Shown piece by piece: positions 17,899-27,716 of a DNA stretch of 64,000 nucleotides. The notes beneath the pieces were generated by a model. It searched no databases. It worked only from the letters and a program-made list of their open reading frames with translations, and was not told the DNA's origin. Where the stretch lies: assembly GCA_002238855.1 (NCBI GenBank), contig MPND01000006.1, positions 35,943 to 99,942 on the forward strand. Direction: 5' to 3'. The stretch comes from SAR202 cluster bacterium bin90 (GTDB lineage Bacteria > Chloroflexota > Dehalococcoidia > Lucifugimonadales > JADFKI01). Made by a program: the position numbers and the translations under genes. Positions within the stretch are counted from its first letter, which is position 1. Each line of letters opens with the position of its first letter.

Positions 17899-20800
17899 AT
17901 GCAAACAGATTACGAAAAACCTTCCAAAGTCCTCGTCATAGGCTCCGGCCCCATCATCATCGGGCAGGCGGCGGAGTTTGACTACGCCGGCACGCAAGCA
18001 TGCAAGGCGCTCCGTGAAGAGGGAGTAACCACCGTGCTGGTCAACTCCAACCCCGCCACGATAATGACCGACGAGGACATCGCCGACATCGTCTATATCG
18101 AGCCTCTCACCGTCGAGGTGCTCAGGCGCATTATCGCCGCAGAGCGACCCGACGGCATCCTGCCCACGCTCGGCGGTCAGACCGGCCTGAACCTGGCCGT
18201 TGAACTCGCGGACGCCGGCATTTTGGACGAATACAACGTGCGACTGCTCGGCACACCCCTGAACACCATCCGCAACGCCGAGGACCGAGAGCTGTTCCGC
18301 CAGTTGCTATCAGACATCGGGGAACCCGTGCTCCCCAGCGCAATCGTCGAGTCAATGGAAGAAGCACACGAGGCACTGAAAGACCTGCCCCTACCCCTCG
18401 TCGTGCGCCCCGCATACACGCTCGGCGGCACCGGCGGCGGCATCTGCACCACGATGGACGAGTTCAACACCATCGTCGCAAGCGGTCTCGCCGCAAGCCC
18501 CATCAATCAGATTCTCCTCGAACGCTCCCTTATCGGCTGGAAGGAGATCGAGTACGAGGTGATGCGCGACGGCGCCGACAACTGCATCACCATCTGCAAC
18601 ATGGAGAACATCGACCCCATGGGCGTCCACACCGGCGACAGCATCGTCGTCGCGCCCAGCCAGACGCTGTCCGACAAGGAGTACCAGCTTCTGCGCTCCG
18701 TCAGCCTGAAGATCATCCGCGCGCTCGGCATCGAGGGCGGCTGCAACATCCAGATGGCGCTCGCAGCCGGCGATGTCGTCGCCGAGACGCTTCCCGGCGG
18801 TGGCGGCAAGGACAACGAGTACTACATCATCGAGGTCAACCCGCGCGTCAGCCGCAGTTCCGCCTTGGCAAGCAAGGCGACCGGCTATCCCATCGCCCGC
18901 GTTGCGGCAAAGATAGCCGTTGGCAAGCGCCTTGACGAGATCCCCAACGCCGTCACCCAACAGACGCTCGCCGCGTTCGAGCCCGCCCTAGACTACTGCG
19001 TGGTCAAGATACCCCGCTGGCCCTTCGACAAGTTCCCCGCCGGCGACCGCTCCATCAATACCCAAATGAAGGCGACCGGCGAGGTCATGGCAATCGACCG
19101 CTCCTTCGAAGCAGCATTCCAGAAGGCGGTGCGCTCCCTCGAAATCACCAACCGCGACATCCTCTGGGAAGACGCCGGCTGGGGAATGGACAAGCCGAGC
19201 AATGGCAACACGCCTGACACCCCTACCCCATCGCTCGAAGGATTGGACGAAGCCCGTCTTCCCCTGCACCCCAACGACGAGCGACTCTGGGCGCTGCTCT
19301 ACACCATGCGGCGCGGCGTCAGCCCCGAAGCCCTCTCCCGCGCAACCGGCATAGACCCCTGGTTCACCCGCGCCTTCCAGAACATCGCACTCATGGAGGA
19401 GGAACTGCTTTCCTCGCATCTCGACGAAGATGTACTCTGGCGCGCCAAGCGTCTGGGCTTCTCGGACGAAAAAATAGGCGAACTGACCGACCGCACGTCT
19501 CAAGAGGTGCGCGACCTGCGCCACCAGTGGGACCTCCGCCCCGTCTATAAGATGGTGGACACCTGCGCCGCCGAGTTCGAGGCTCTCACACCGTACTTCT
19601 ACAGCACCTACGAGGAAGAGAACGAAGCCACTCCGATGCAGACAAGCAAAGCGCTCGTCGTCGGCAGCGGCCCCATCCGCATCGGGCAGGGTATCGAGTT
19701 CGACTACTGCTCCGTGCATGCGGCGTGGGCGCTCAGTGAGGAAGGCGTCTCCAGCATCATCGCGAATTCTAACCCTGAGACCGTATCCACCGACTTCGAT
19801 ACCAGCGACCGCCTCTACTTCGAGCCACTCGATGAAGAGAGCGTGCTGGACATCCTGGAAAATGAGGCAGTCCCCGGAGACAATGCCGAGCTGAATTTCC
19901 CGCCCTCCATCGTGCAGTTCGGCGGCCAGACAGCAATCAACCTCTCGCAGACCCTCGACAGCGTTGAGATGCCCATTCTCGGGTCAACCGCCCGCTCCAT
20001 CGACATCGCCTCAGACCGCCACCTGTTCGAGGAGTTCCTAGCTAGGACAGGCATCCCGAATCCTCCCGGCGCAGCGGTCAGCAACCTCGAACAGGCGCTC
20101 AATGTCGCGCAGCGCGTCGGCTATCCCGTGCTGGTACGTCCCAGCTACGTACTCGGCGGCAGAGCAATGGAAATCGTGCAGAACGCCACCGAGCTTGTGC
20201 GCTACATGACCCACGCGTTCGAAGCGGGCATGGGCAGGCGCGTCCTGATAGACAAGTATTTCGAGGGCCGCGAGGTCGAGGTGGACGCCGTTTGCGACGG
20301 CGAGAACGTACTAATCCCCGGCATCATGGAGCATGTCGAGCGCGCGGGCGTCCACAGCGGCGACTCCATGGCGATATACCCCGGCGTCACGCTCACCGAA
20401 GCCGAAGTCGACACCATCGTGGACTACACAACGCGCATAGGCCGTGCCCTTCAGGTCAAGGGCCTCATGAATATCCAATATGTTGTCGTTGGCGGCGAGA
20501 CATATCGCAGTCCCGCGACAGGCGGCACAAATGGCAATCAGAATACGCAGGTATTCGTCATCGAGGTCAATCCCCGCGCCAGCCGCACTATCCCTTTCAT
20601 CTCGAAGGTAACGGGCGTGCCGATGATTCGCCTTGCCATTAAAGCGATGCTCGGCAAGAGCATCACTGAGGCAGGCTACGAGGGCGGCCTGTGGAAGCGC
20701 CAGAAGCTCGTCGCCGTGAAGGCACCCGTCTTCTCCATGTCCAAGCTCTCGGGCGTGGACACCTACCTAGGCCCTGAGATGAAGTCAACCGGCGAGGTCA

Positions 20801-21276
20801 TGGGCATCGACACCGACTTCTCTTCAGCAGTCGCCAAGGCACTGATCGCATCCGGCATGATGCTGCCCGAGAAAGGCTCCATCCTGCTCACCATCGCCGA
20901 CCGCGACAAGGCGGACGCCGTCCCAATGATTCGCCAGCTCGCCGAGGCAGGCTACGGCCTGTTCGCCACCGAGGGCACGGCAGGCATGATCCGCGGGCTT
21001 GGCATCGACGCCTTCGCCATCCCCAAGGCACACACCGGCGAGCACCCCAGCACGGTGGACATCGTCGCCGACGGCACCGTATCGGCAGTCGTAAACACCA
21101 TTGAAGGCGACCGCGAATCCCTCGAAGACGGCTTCGAAATCCGCCGCGCCGCAGTAGATCAGCGCATCCCCTGCTTCACATCCCTAGACACCGCCCGCGC
21201 CGCCGTCGAAAGCCTAATCGGAGGCGCCGCCAACTACAGCATCAAGCCCCTGCCGGAGTATCGGAAGCAAGAGTAG
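17899..21276 (+). CDS. carB: Carbamoyl-phosphate synthase large subunit
   Basis: 1125 aa with duplicated ATP-grasp halves (VLVIGSGPIIIGQAAEFDYAGTQ and ALVVGSGPIRIGQGIEFDYC) and a C-terminal MGS-like domain. Confidence 0.97.
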   Translation: MQTDYEKPSKVLVIGSGPIIIGQAAEFDYAGTQACKALREEGVTTVLVNSNPATIMTDEDIADIVYIEPLTVEVLRRIIAAERPDGILPTLGGQTGLNLAVELADAGILDEYNVRLLGTPLNTIRNAEDRELFRQLLSDIGEPVLPSAIVESMEEAHEALKDLPLPLVVRPAYTLGGTGGGICTTMDEFNTIVASGLAASPINQILLERSLIGWKEIEYEVMRDGADNCITICNMENIDPMGVHTGDSIVVAPSQTLSDKEYQLLRSVSLKIIRALGIEGGCNIQMALAAGDVVAETLPGGGGKDNEYYIIEVNPRVSRSSALASKATGYPIARVAAKIAVGKRLDEIPNAVTQQTLAAFEPALDYCVVKIPRWPFDKFPAGDRSINTQMKATGEVMAIDRSFEAAFQKAVRSLEITNRDILWEDAGWGMDKPSNGNTPDTPTPSLEGLDEARLPLHPNDERLWALLYTMRRGVSPEALSRATGIDPWFTRAFQNIALMEEELLSSHLDEDVLWRAKRLGFSDEKIGELTDRTSQEVRDLRHQWDLRPVYKMVDTCAAEFEALTPYFYSTYEEENEATPMQTSKALVVGSGPIRIGQGIEFDYCSVHAAWALSEEGVSSIIANSNPETVSTDFDTSDRLYFEPLDEESVLDILENEAVPGDNAELNFPPSIVQFGGQTAINLSQTLDSVEMPILGSTARSIDIASDRHLFEEFLARTGIPNPPGAAVSNLEQALNVAQRVGYPVLVRPSYVLGGRAMEIVQNATELVRYMTHAFEAGMGRRVLIDKYFEGREVEVDAVCDGENVLIPGIMEHVERAGVHSGDSMAIYPGVTLTEAEVDTIVDYTTRIGRALQVKGLMNIQYVVVGGETYRSPATGGTNGNQNTQVFVIEVNPRASRTIPFISKVTGVPMIRLAIKAMLGKSITEAGYEGGLWKRQKLVAVKAPVFSMSKLSGVDTYLGPEMKSTGEVMGIDTDFSSAVAKALIASGMMLPEKGSILLTIADRDKADAVPMIRQLAEAGYGLFATEGTAGMIRGLGIDAFAIPKAHTGEHPSTVDIVADGTVSAVVNTIEGDRESLEDGFEIRRAAVDQRIPCFTSLDTARAAVESLIGGAANYSIKPLPEYRKQE

Positions 21277-21310
21277 CGTAACTAAACCAGCTGAGTACAA
21301 GGTATAGGGA

Positions 21311-21661
21311 CTATCCTTGGTCACCTACGCGTTCTAACTCCGTAATCAACGGCGGCAGGTCCAGTTTGACAGTATCCCACACGACTTGCGGGTCTACGTC
21401 GCCGTACTGGTGAATCAGAAAATTACGCATGTCCGTCATGTCCTGCCAAGGCAGGTTGGGAAAAGACACTTTGGTCTCCTCTGTTACGCGCCCCGCTGCC
21501 TCGCCAATGATTTCAATACGGCGTACCACGGCATCTTGAAGCTGTACATTTTCTAGGAAGTCCACCATGGAACTCTCACGCAAGTAGGACACTGCAAGCT
21601 GAGCGGATTCCAGAATATCGTAGAGAAGCGCGTTATCCCGCTGTATATACGACCCTTGCAG
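21311..21661 (-). CDS. hepT: HepT-like HEPN toxin (DUF86)
   Basis: IEIIGEAAGRV...PWQDMTDMRNFLIHQYGDVDPQVVW contains the Rx4-6H HEPN motif (RNFLIH). The homologous N-terminus (RDNALLYDILESA) extends upstream of the track start at 21592. The frame is open to 21664 with only a CTG (21661) or ATA as a possible start. Confidence 0.75.
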   Translation of the reverse strand: MQGSYIQRDNALLYDILESAQLAVSYLRESSMVDFLENVQLQDAVVRRIEIIGEAAGRVTEETKVSFPNLPWQDMTDMRNFLIHQYGDVDPQVVWDTVKLDLPPLITELERVGDQG

Positions 21662-21956
21662 AACTCAGTATCGCGTCACGCCTTATTCTGTTCCCGCTGA
21701 CTTCAACCATACGCCTACTGACAATATCCACCTCTCGCCCGAAAATGCTCTCAAGTTCGTTACGCATGCGCACCAAAGCAAAGAGGCCATGCCGCGCGCT
21801 GTCCGCGTATGAGACCAGCAGATCGATATCGCTCTCGGACGTGAAGTCGTCCCTAAGCGCCGAACCGAATACCGACAGCTCGACGACGTCCCATCTCTTG
21901 CAAAATGCTTCAATTTCATTGGAGGGGACTTCTATGTCTATTTCTTCCATTGCCAT
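21633..21956 (-). CDS. mntA: MntA-like nucleotidyltransferase antitoxin
   Basis: ELSVFGSALRDDFTSESDIDLLV is the minimal nucleotidyltransferase GS...DxD motif. Overlaps hepT. Start set at ATG 21956 or 21950. Confidence 0.8.
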   Translation of the reverse strand: MAMEEIDIEVPSNEIEAFCKRWDVVELSVFGSALRDDFTSESDIDLLVSYADSARHGLFALVRMRNELESIFGREVDIVSRRMVEVSGNRIRRDAILSSARVVYTAG

Positions 21957-22107
21957 AACATCTTGCCTCGTACCAGACCTAGCATACAGAGGATACCACT
22001 TTCGTAATTCACCCGCGTACGGTACATAATTTTGTCCTGCCAAGACCCTCTTTCAATATGCTATCCTCCTACCATCACTAGTCATCATCAACAGCAACGA
22101 GGCCCCC

Positions 22108-24699
22108 TTGATCCCCCTCAGACTCACCGTCAACAACTTCATGTGCTACCGCGACGACGTGCCGCCCCTGCACTTCGAGAGCATCCACGTTGCCTGCCTC
22201 TGCGGGGACAACGGCCACGGCAAGACCGCCCTCCTCGACGCCATCACATGGGCTCTCTGGGGCATCGCGCGCGCCACACCAACCGGCACCGGCACGATCA
22301 ACGCCCTACGAATCGCCGACCTGGTGCATATGGGGCAGACCGACATGAGCGTCGAGCTGGACTTCACATCAGGCGACCAGCGATACCGCGTCATCCGCAG
22401 GCACACCGTCAGCACCGGCGGTCGTAGCAGCAGGACCACGCTCGAGCTGCAAATCGCGACCGACGACGAAAGCGAATCGTTTCGCTCCATAAGTCGAAAC
22501 TCCGTCCGCGAGACGAACGCACGCATCAGCGAAATCCTGAACATGGACTTCAAGACCTTCGTCAACACCGCGTACCTCGCGCAGGGCCAAGCAGACCTGT
22601 TCACCACCAGCACGCCCACCGAGCGCAAGCGGTGCCTCGCCGAAGTCCTGGACCTGTCCTATTACCAGCGTCTGTCTGAAGACGCCAACGCCCGAAGCCG
22701 CAGCATCCAGACCGAGATACAACAGACGCTCACCGCGATTAGCCTCCACTCGGAGGAAACTGCACGCAAGCCCGAGTACGAGAGCCGCCTGAACGACATT
22801 GACGCCTATATCGCCAGGGCTGCACCCCAAGCCGAAGCGCAGCGCAAGCAAGTCGAGACGCTTCGCGGTGAGGTGCAGCAACTCCAGGCGCTCGCATCCG
22901 AGTTCACTGCGCTCCAGCAGCGAACTCAGTCCGCCCAGGCCGACACCGTCCGCCTGCAACGGCAAGTCGGCGCAGACGAAAAGCGCATCGCCGCATATCA
23001 AGCCACAATCGCAGACGCGCCTCAAATCCTGAGCGGCTACGAATCACTTCAAACTGCACAGGCAGAGATTGAAAGACTTGACATCGCCCTATCTGAAAAG
23101 AGCCGCCTTGACGCACGGATCGCCGCCCTCTCGCAGACCATAGCGCGACAGGAAGAGCGCATCGCGTCCACGGTGAAGACATTGCGGCACCGAATATCCA
23201 CCGAGTTGGAGCCGCGCGTAAACCGCCTGCCGGAAATCAAGAAACTTCAGACTGCGATGCAGCACCGGAACACTGCTCTCACGCAGCAGGCCGCCTCAAT
23301 CGAACGACAGCGCACGGACACCGATGCAATCGCCGTTCGCATCCAGACGCTTGAGCAGAACAACGAGCGTCTGATGGAGCAGATGCAGGACACCCGACAG
23401 AAGTTCGACATGCTCGAACAAGGCGACACCACTTGCCCCCTCTGCAGCCAGCAGCTCGGTCCCGACGGGCAGCAACACTTACGCGCGGAGTACCGGCGCA
23501 TCGGCGTGGCGAGCCGGGCATCGTTCAATGACAACGACACCCAGATCGAAAACCTCACGCGCGAGCACAAAACATCAACCCAGACTCTGGCATCTATGGA
23601 ATCAAAGCAAATCACTGATAGCCGTACCCTCGCCGCTGATGAAGCAAATCTGGCGCGTGACGAACAGGACTCGCTGAAAGCCCAGCACGAATTGCAGCAG
23701 GCGTCCCAATCCCTCTCGGACGCCGAGCGCACCCTGCGAGACAAGTCTTTCGCGCAGGATGAGCGCAATGAGCTTGCAGAGTTGGGCACTTCCCTGGACG
23801 CGCTCCAATACGACGCCGAAGCGCACCAGCAAGTCCGCCGGCAAGTCGCCTCCCTGCGCAAATTCGACGCCGCGCACCACGCGCTCAACGAAGCGCATGC
23901 CAACCTGCCCGGTGTCAGTGAAGCCCTCCAAACCGGTCGCCAGATGCTCGCGAATCGGCAGGCGGAAATAGATGCCGCCGCTGAGCGAATTAGTACGCTG
24001 AAGCGGGACATCGAATCCCTGCCGGCGCTCACGACCAAGCTCAGCGAAGCAGTGCAAAGTAGCGAGAACCTGGAGACACAAATACGACAAGCAGAGATAG
24101 ACCGCGGCGTGCTGCAGAACAACATCAGTCGCTGCGAGAATCTGGAAGCTCAGATACGCGATCTGGAGAAGGAGCATCGCCGTCTCGCCCGAGACAAGAG
24201 CATCTACGACGAGTTGACCGTCGCATTCGGCAAGAATGGCATACAGGCGCTAGTCATAGAAAGCGCCATCCCACAGCTACAGGACGACGCCAACGAGATC
24301 CTTGGCCGCGTCACCGAAAACCGCATGCACCTGAAACTGGAACTAGACGAGAGCACATCCGAGCAGCTTGAGATACGCATCGCCGACGAGCTAGGCACTC
24401 GAGACTACCTCACATTCAGCGGCGGCGAGGCGTTCCGCATAAACTTCGCCCTCCGAATCGCGCTCTCCCGCCTGCTTGCCCGACGCTCAGGCGCACCGCT
24501 CCCCGTGCTGTTCATAGACGAGGGCTTCGGCTCGCAGGACAGAGCAGGCCAGGAACGCCTGACCGAAGCCATCCAGTCAATTCAGGACGAGTTCGAAAAG
24601 ATAATCGTCATCACCCACATCGACCAGATGAAAGAAGCCTTCCCCGTCCGAATAGAAGTCAGCAAGGGCGAAAGAGGCTCGACTTTCAGCATCGTGTAA
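22108..24699 (+). CDS. sbcC: SbcC/Rad50-like SMC-family ATPase
   Basis: N-terminal Walker A CGDNGHGKTALLDAITWALWG, a long Gln/Ala/Glu-rich coiled coil, central zinc hook CPLCSQQL, and C-terminal signature FSGGEAFRINFALRIAL followed by Walker B LFIDEGFGSQD. TTG start. No sbcD is adjacent. Confidence 0.85.
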   Translation: MIPLRLTVNNFMCYRDDVPPLHFESIHVACLCGDNGHGKTALLDAITWALWGIARATPTGTGTINALRIADLVHMGQTDMSVELDFTSGDQRYRVIRRHTVSTGGRSSRTTLELQIATDDESESFRSISRNSVRETNARISEILNMDFKTFVNTAYLAQGQADLFTTSTPTERKRCLAEVLDLSYYQRLSEDANARSRSIQTEIQQTLTAISLHSEETARKPEYESRLNDIDAYIARAAPQAEAQRKQVETLRGEVQQLQALASEFTALQQRTQSAQADTVRLQRQVGADEKRIAAYQATIADAPQILSGYESLQTAQAEIERLDIALSEKSRLDARIAALSQTIARQEERIASTVKTLRHRISTELEPRVNRLPEIKKLQTAMQHRNTALTQQAASIERQRTDTDAIAVRIQTLEQNNERLMEQMQDTRQKFDMLEQGDTTCPLCSQQLGPDGQQHLRAEYRRIGVASRASFNDNDTQIENLTREHKTSTQTLASMESKQITDSRTLAADEANLARDEQDSLKAQHELQQASQSLSDAERTLRDKSFAQDERNELAELGTSLDALQYDAEAHQQVRRQVASLRKFDAAHHALNEAHANLPGVSEALQTGRQMLANRQAEIDAAAERISTLKRDIESLPALTTKLSEAVQSSENLETQIRQAEIDRGVLQNNISRCENLEAQIRDLEKEHRRLARDKSIYDELTVAFGKNGIQALVIESAIPQLQDDANEILGRVTENRMHLKLELDESTSEQLEIRIADELGTRDYLTFSGGEAFRINFALRIALSRLLARRSGAPLPVLFIDEGFGSQDRAGQERLTEAIQSIQDEFEKIIVITHIDQMKEAFPVRIEVSKGERGSTFSIV

Positions 24700-24766
24700 C
24701 CGTCGCGATACCTTTCGGAAGACCGTACAATAGCAAGGGAGGGATACCGAAGTGTGCTAGAATCTG

Positions 24767-25123
24767 ATGGACATGAGCTTGTTTGAAGATAATCAGGCAT
24801 TTATTCGACAGAAAGCCGAGGAACATCAATCTGGACTTCTTGGACGGAAGATAATCTGGTCATATCATAGCGATGACAAGCTCAGCGCAGAAGGGCTTGC
24901 AGCCGCTGAAATAGAATGGTCTCTACAAAACTGCGAAGTCATAGAAATCTATCCTGATTCGCATCGTCGATTTCCTGACTGTTTGGTTATAGGCTACCTA
25001 GATTCTGGGGAACCTTTCCACGCGGTCATAGCAATGGATAACATCAGAGACAGATTGCTAATGGTAACCGTTTACATGCCGAATGAAGAGGTATGGCAAG
25101 ATGACTGGAAAACAAGAAAATAG
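24767..25123 (+). CDS. DUF4258-domain toxin-like protein
   Basis: About 118 aa with IIWSYHSDDKLSAEGLAAAEIEWSLQNCEVIE...PFHAVIA...MVTVY, matching the DUF4258 pattern. AT-richer region. An extended -10-like TGCTAGAAT lies at 24755..24763. Confidence 0.6.
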   Translation: MDMSLFEDNQAFIRQKAEEHQSGLLGRKIIWSYHSDDKLSAEGLAAAEIEWSLQNCEVIEIYPDSHRRFPDCLVIGYLDSGEPFHAVIAMDNIRDRLLMVTVYMPNEEVWQDDWKTRK

Positions 25124-25403
25124 CGGAAGATGCTACTTTTGCCAGGGTCCATTGAAGAAAGGCAAAACAACAATCCCTCGTGTCTTGCCGGACGATACTG
25201 TGGTTGTGGTAAAGCGTGTGCCCGCCGAAATCTGCATCCAGTGCCATGAACCATATTTGTACGGGGAGACTATCGACAAGATTACGGCGATGGTGGACCA
25301 AATTAAGCCATTCCGCGCTGAAGTCTTGGTTGTGTCCTATAATGAGGATCTGCCAGATAGATCAGAGGCCTCTCCAAACGTCGTTGGTATTGAACCTCGC
25401 TAG
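25083..25403 (+). CDS. YgiT/MqsA-type zinc-finger antitoxin-like protein
   Basis: CYFCQG...n...CIQCHEPY is a two-CxxC zinc ribbon typical of the MqsA N-terminal/YgiT family. Overlaps the DUF4258 gene. An alternative start is at ATG 25101. Confidence 0.65.
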   Translation: MKRYGKMTGKQENSGRCYFCQGPLKKGKTTIPRVLPDDTVVVVKRVPAEICIQCHEPYLYGETIDKITAMVDQIKPFRAEVLVVSYNEDLPDRSEASPNVVGIEPR

Positions 25404-25446
25404 TTCATGAAACCCTCAGTTAATGGGTTGTCCTATCCATTAGAAT

Positions 25447-26124
25447 CTACAGCTCGATCTCCTGCATTTCCGGCGACACCACCAACTCCGCATCGGTCTC
25501 CGCCTGCACCTCTTCAGCAGTCCAGCCCGGCGCAACCTCGCGCAGCACCAGCCCTTCCTCCGTCACCTCCATCACCGCAATGTCCGTGACAATCAGGTCA
25601 ACGCAGCCCTTCCCCGTCAGCGGGTAGCTGCACTCCTGCACCACCTTCGACTGACCGCCGCGGTCCGTATGCTCCATCGCCACAATAACGCGCCTTGCGC
25701 CCACCGCAAGGTCCATCGCGCCGCCCACATTCCCCACTCCCCGCTCTGGCAGCATCCAGTTTGCAAGGTCACCCGACGCCGACACCTGCAGCGCGCCCAG
25801 CACCGTCACATCTATATGCCCGCCCCGGATCATCGCGAACGCGTCCGCCGAGTGAAAGAACGACATCCCCGGATACCACGCCAGAAAGTGCCCGCTAGCG
25901 TTCGTCAGATCAACATCCTCATCACCCTCCTCCGCCATCGGCCCGAAGTTCAGCACCCCACTCTCGCTGTGATACAGCACATCGCGCCCCTCCGGCACGA
26001 ACTGCGAGCACAACGAAGGTATGCCGATGCCTAGATTCACCACATCGCCGTCCTGCAGCTCCTTCGCCACGCGCATAGCAATGATTTCCCTGTCCAGCCT
26101 GTATTTCTCTTCCGTCACAGCCAT
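25447..26124 (-). CDS. 3-oxoacid CoA-transferase subunit B
   Basis: REIIAMRVAKELQDGDVVNLGIGIP...SESGVL motif (catalytic Glu context) and MVGGAMDL-like GGAMDLAVGA. Start set at ATG 26124. Confidence 0.9.
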   Translation of the reverse strand: MAVTEEKYRLDREIIAMRVAKELQDGDVVNLGIGIPSLCSQFVPEGRDVLYHSESGVLNFGPMAEEGDEDVDLTNASGHFLAWYPGMSFFHSADAFAMIRGGHIDVTVLGALQVSASGDLANWMLPERGVGNVGGAMDLAVGARRVIVAMEHTDRGGQSKVVQECSYPLTGKGCVDLIVTDIAVMEVTEEGLVLREVAPGWTAEEVQAETDAELVVSPEMQEIEL

Positions 26125-26140
26125 TAAGTAAAGCTCCAAT

Positions 26141-27388
26141 TCATGATGCCACCCCGCTCTGAGCCACCTGACGTACAGGATACAACAACCCCGCAATGAC
26201 GCCAACGACTGAAAACACCGCCATCACCACCAACCCAGTCAACAGCGACCCACTCACCTCCGCAACAACTCCCACAATCATCGGACCAGCAGCAAACCCC
26301 AATCCCGCAAACATCGCCACCAGCGCGCTCACCGCAGCCACTTCGCGCGGCAGAATCCCCTCGAACTCGAACGGCAGCATCTCCATCGCGGGCACCGCTA
26401 TCCACACCAGCCCCAGCGCCGTGATTGCCACTGCCAGCAGCACAGCATCCGTAGTCAGCACGATCGCCAGCGCAAGCACCACATTCAGCACAGCAGGCAC
26501 CGCAAGCAGCACTCGCCGGTTGCTCAGCTTACGATTCACCCATCCACCCGCGAGCGCACCCGGTATCAGCCCGTAGTACAGGAAGCCCAGCAGTGGCCCA
26601 CCCAGCGTTATCTCGATGCCTCTGTCCTCCAGCAGCAGCGTCGGCAGAAAAGTAACAATCCCCGTCCACACCGACGCCAGCGAGAACATCACTATCGCCA
26701 CAAGCCAGCCCTGCCTGTATTTCCGCAGTGCAGCAAGCGGGCTAGTCGGCTGATTCGCCAGCGCGTCGCCCATATCCTGCACCGGCGCCCTGCTCTCCCG
26801 CGCCGCAAGCATGAACACCACCGCCTGCACCGCCACGAACCCCGCCTGCAGGTAGTACGCGCCGCGCCAGCTCCCCAGCGCAACTATCAGCAACGCGCCC
26901 GTGCTCACCGCAACCGCAAGAAGCAAACTGTGCTGGGAAAGTCCCACAGCATTGATTAGCGCATACTGCCGCCTGACCGCCCACTGGTGAAACAACAGCG
27001 GGCGCACCGCAATCGTCAGAGAGTGGAACAGCACAGCCAGGAACCGCGCAACGAACAGCATCGCGAATCCGTTCGCAAACCCCTGCAACAGCAGCAACGG
27101 CGCAACGATCCACATTGACAGCCGCGTAACCGCCACCGGACTAAAGCGGGAAAACCACACTCCGAACGGCAGCACAGCCACCGCCGCCGTCACCCACCAC
27201 ACACCCTGCAGCAGCCCCGCTTGCAGCGGACTCAGCGCCAGGTCCTGCGCGATAAACGGCAGGAACACCCCCAGCACAAACGACGACAACCGCAAGCTGC
27301 TAAGCTGCAGGTGCGACAGCAGCAACACCGCCCACCCCCGCAGCGATGTGCGCTCTACACCGTCAGACAATGCGGTTGGAGATTGCAT
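26141..27388 (-). CDS. MFS transporter
   Basis: 415 aa with about 12 TM segments. Stop is 17 nt upstream of the subunit B start. Confidence 0.75.
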   Translation of the reverse strand: MQSPTALSDGVERTSLRGWAVLLLSHLQLSSLRLSSFVLGVFLPFIAQDLALSPLQAGLLQGVWWVTAAVAVLPFGVWFSRFSPVAVTRLSMWIVAPLLLLQGFANGFAMLFVARFLAVLFHSLTIAVRPLLFHQWAVRRQYALINAVGLSQHSLLLAVAVSTGALLIVALGSWRGAYYLQAGFVAVQAVVFMLAARESRAPVQDMGDALANQPTSPLAALRKYRQGWLVAIVMFSLASVWTGIVTFLPTLLLEDRGIEITLGGPLLGFLYYGLIPGALAGGWVNRKLSNRRVLLAVPAVLNVVLALAIVLTTDAVLLAVAITALGLVWIAVPAMEMLPFEFEGILPREVAAVSALVAMFAGLGFAAGPMIVGVVAEVSGSLLTGLVVMAVFSVVGVIAGLLYPVRQVAQSGVAS

Positions 27389-27716
27389 TAATGGAATTGC
27401 GGACTTTCAGGATAGCGAGATTAGTGATTTCCGAAGCCATGCACGGCTTAAACACGGGAGATTAGGTGACATAAACCTATATGCAGTATAATGCTGTTGA
27501 AACGGAGTGGGGAACATACGCCCATTTCACTATAAGCGTTCTCGCAAGGGGGCGTATTTTTCGTTTCTGGGACATGTGAAATAAGGAGGTTGACTATGAC
27601 TTAGCAACCGGCAGCACACATACGGCGGGCGGCTTGCGCCCAATCTTCTGAGAACGTTCCTAAAATGCTGGAACGTTTCTTGGTTTCTGGCATCTGAAGA
27701 TTTTTTATGGAGGGAT

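Noticed and set aside
27583-27604. A strong SD (AAGGAGG) followed by a mini-ORF, ATG-ACT-TAG, in the AT-rich islet.
   Set aside because: Two codons cannot be evaluated. It could be a remnant of a truncated gene or simply chance. I note it only as a possible start-stop element.
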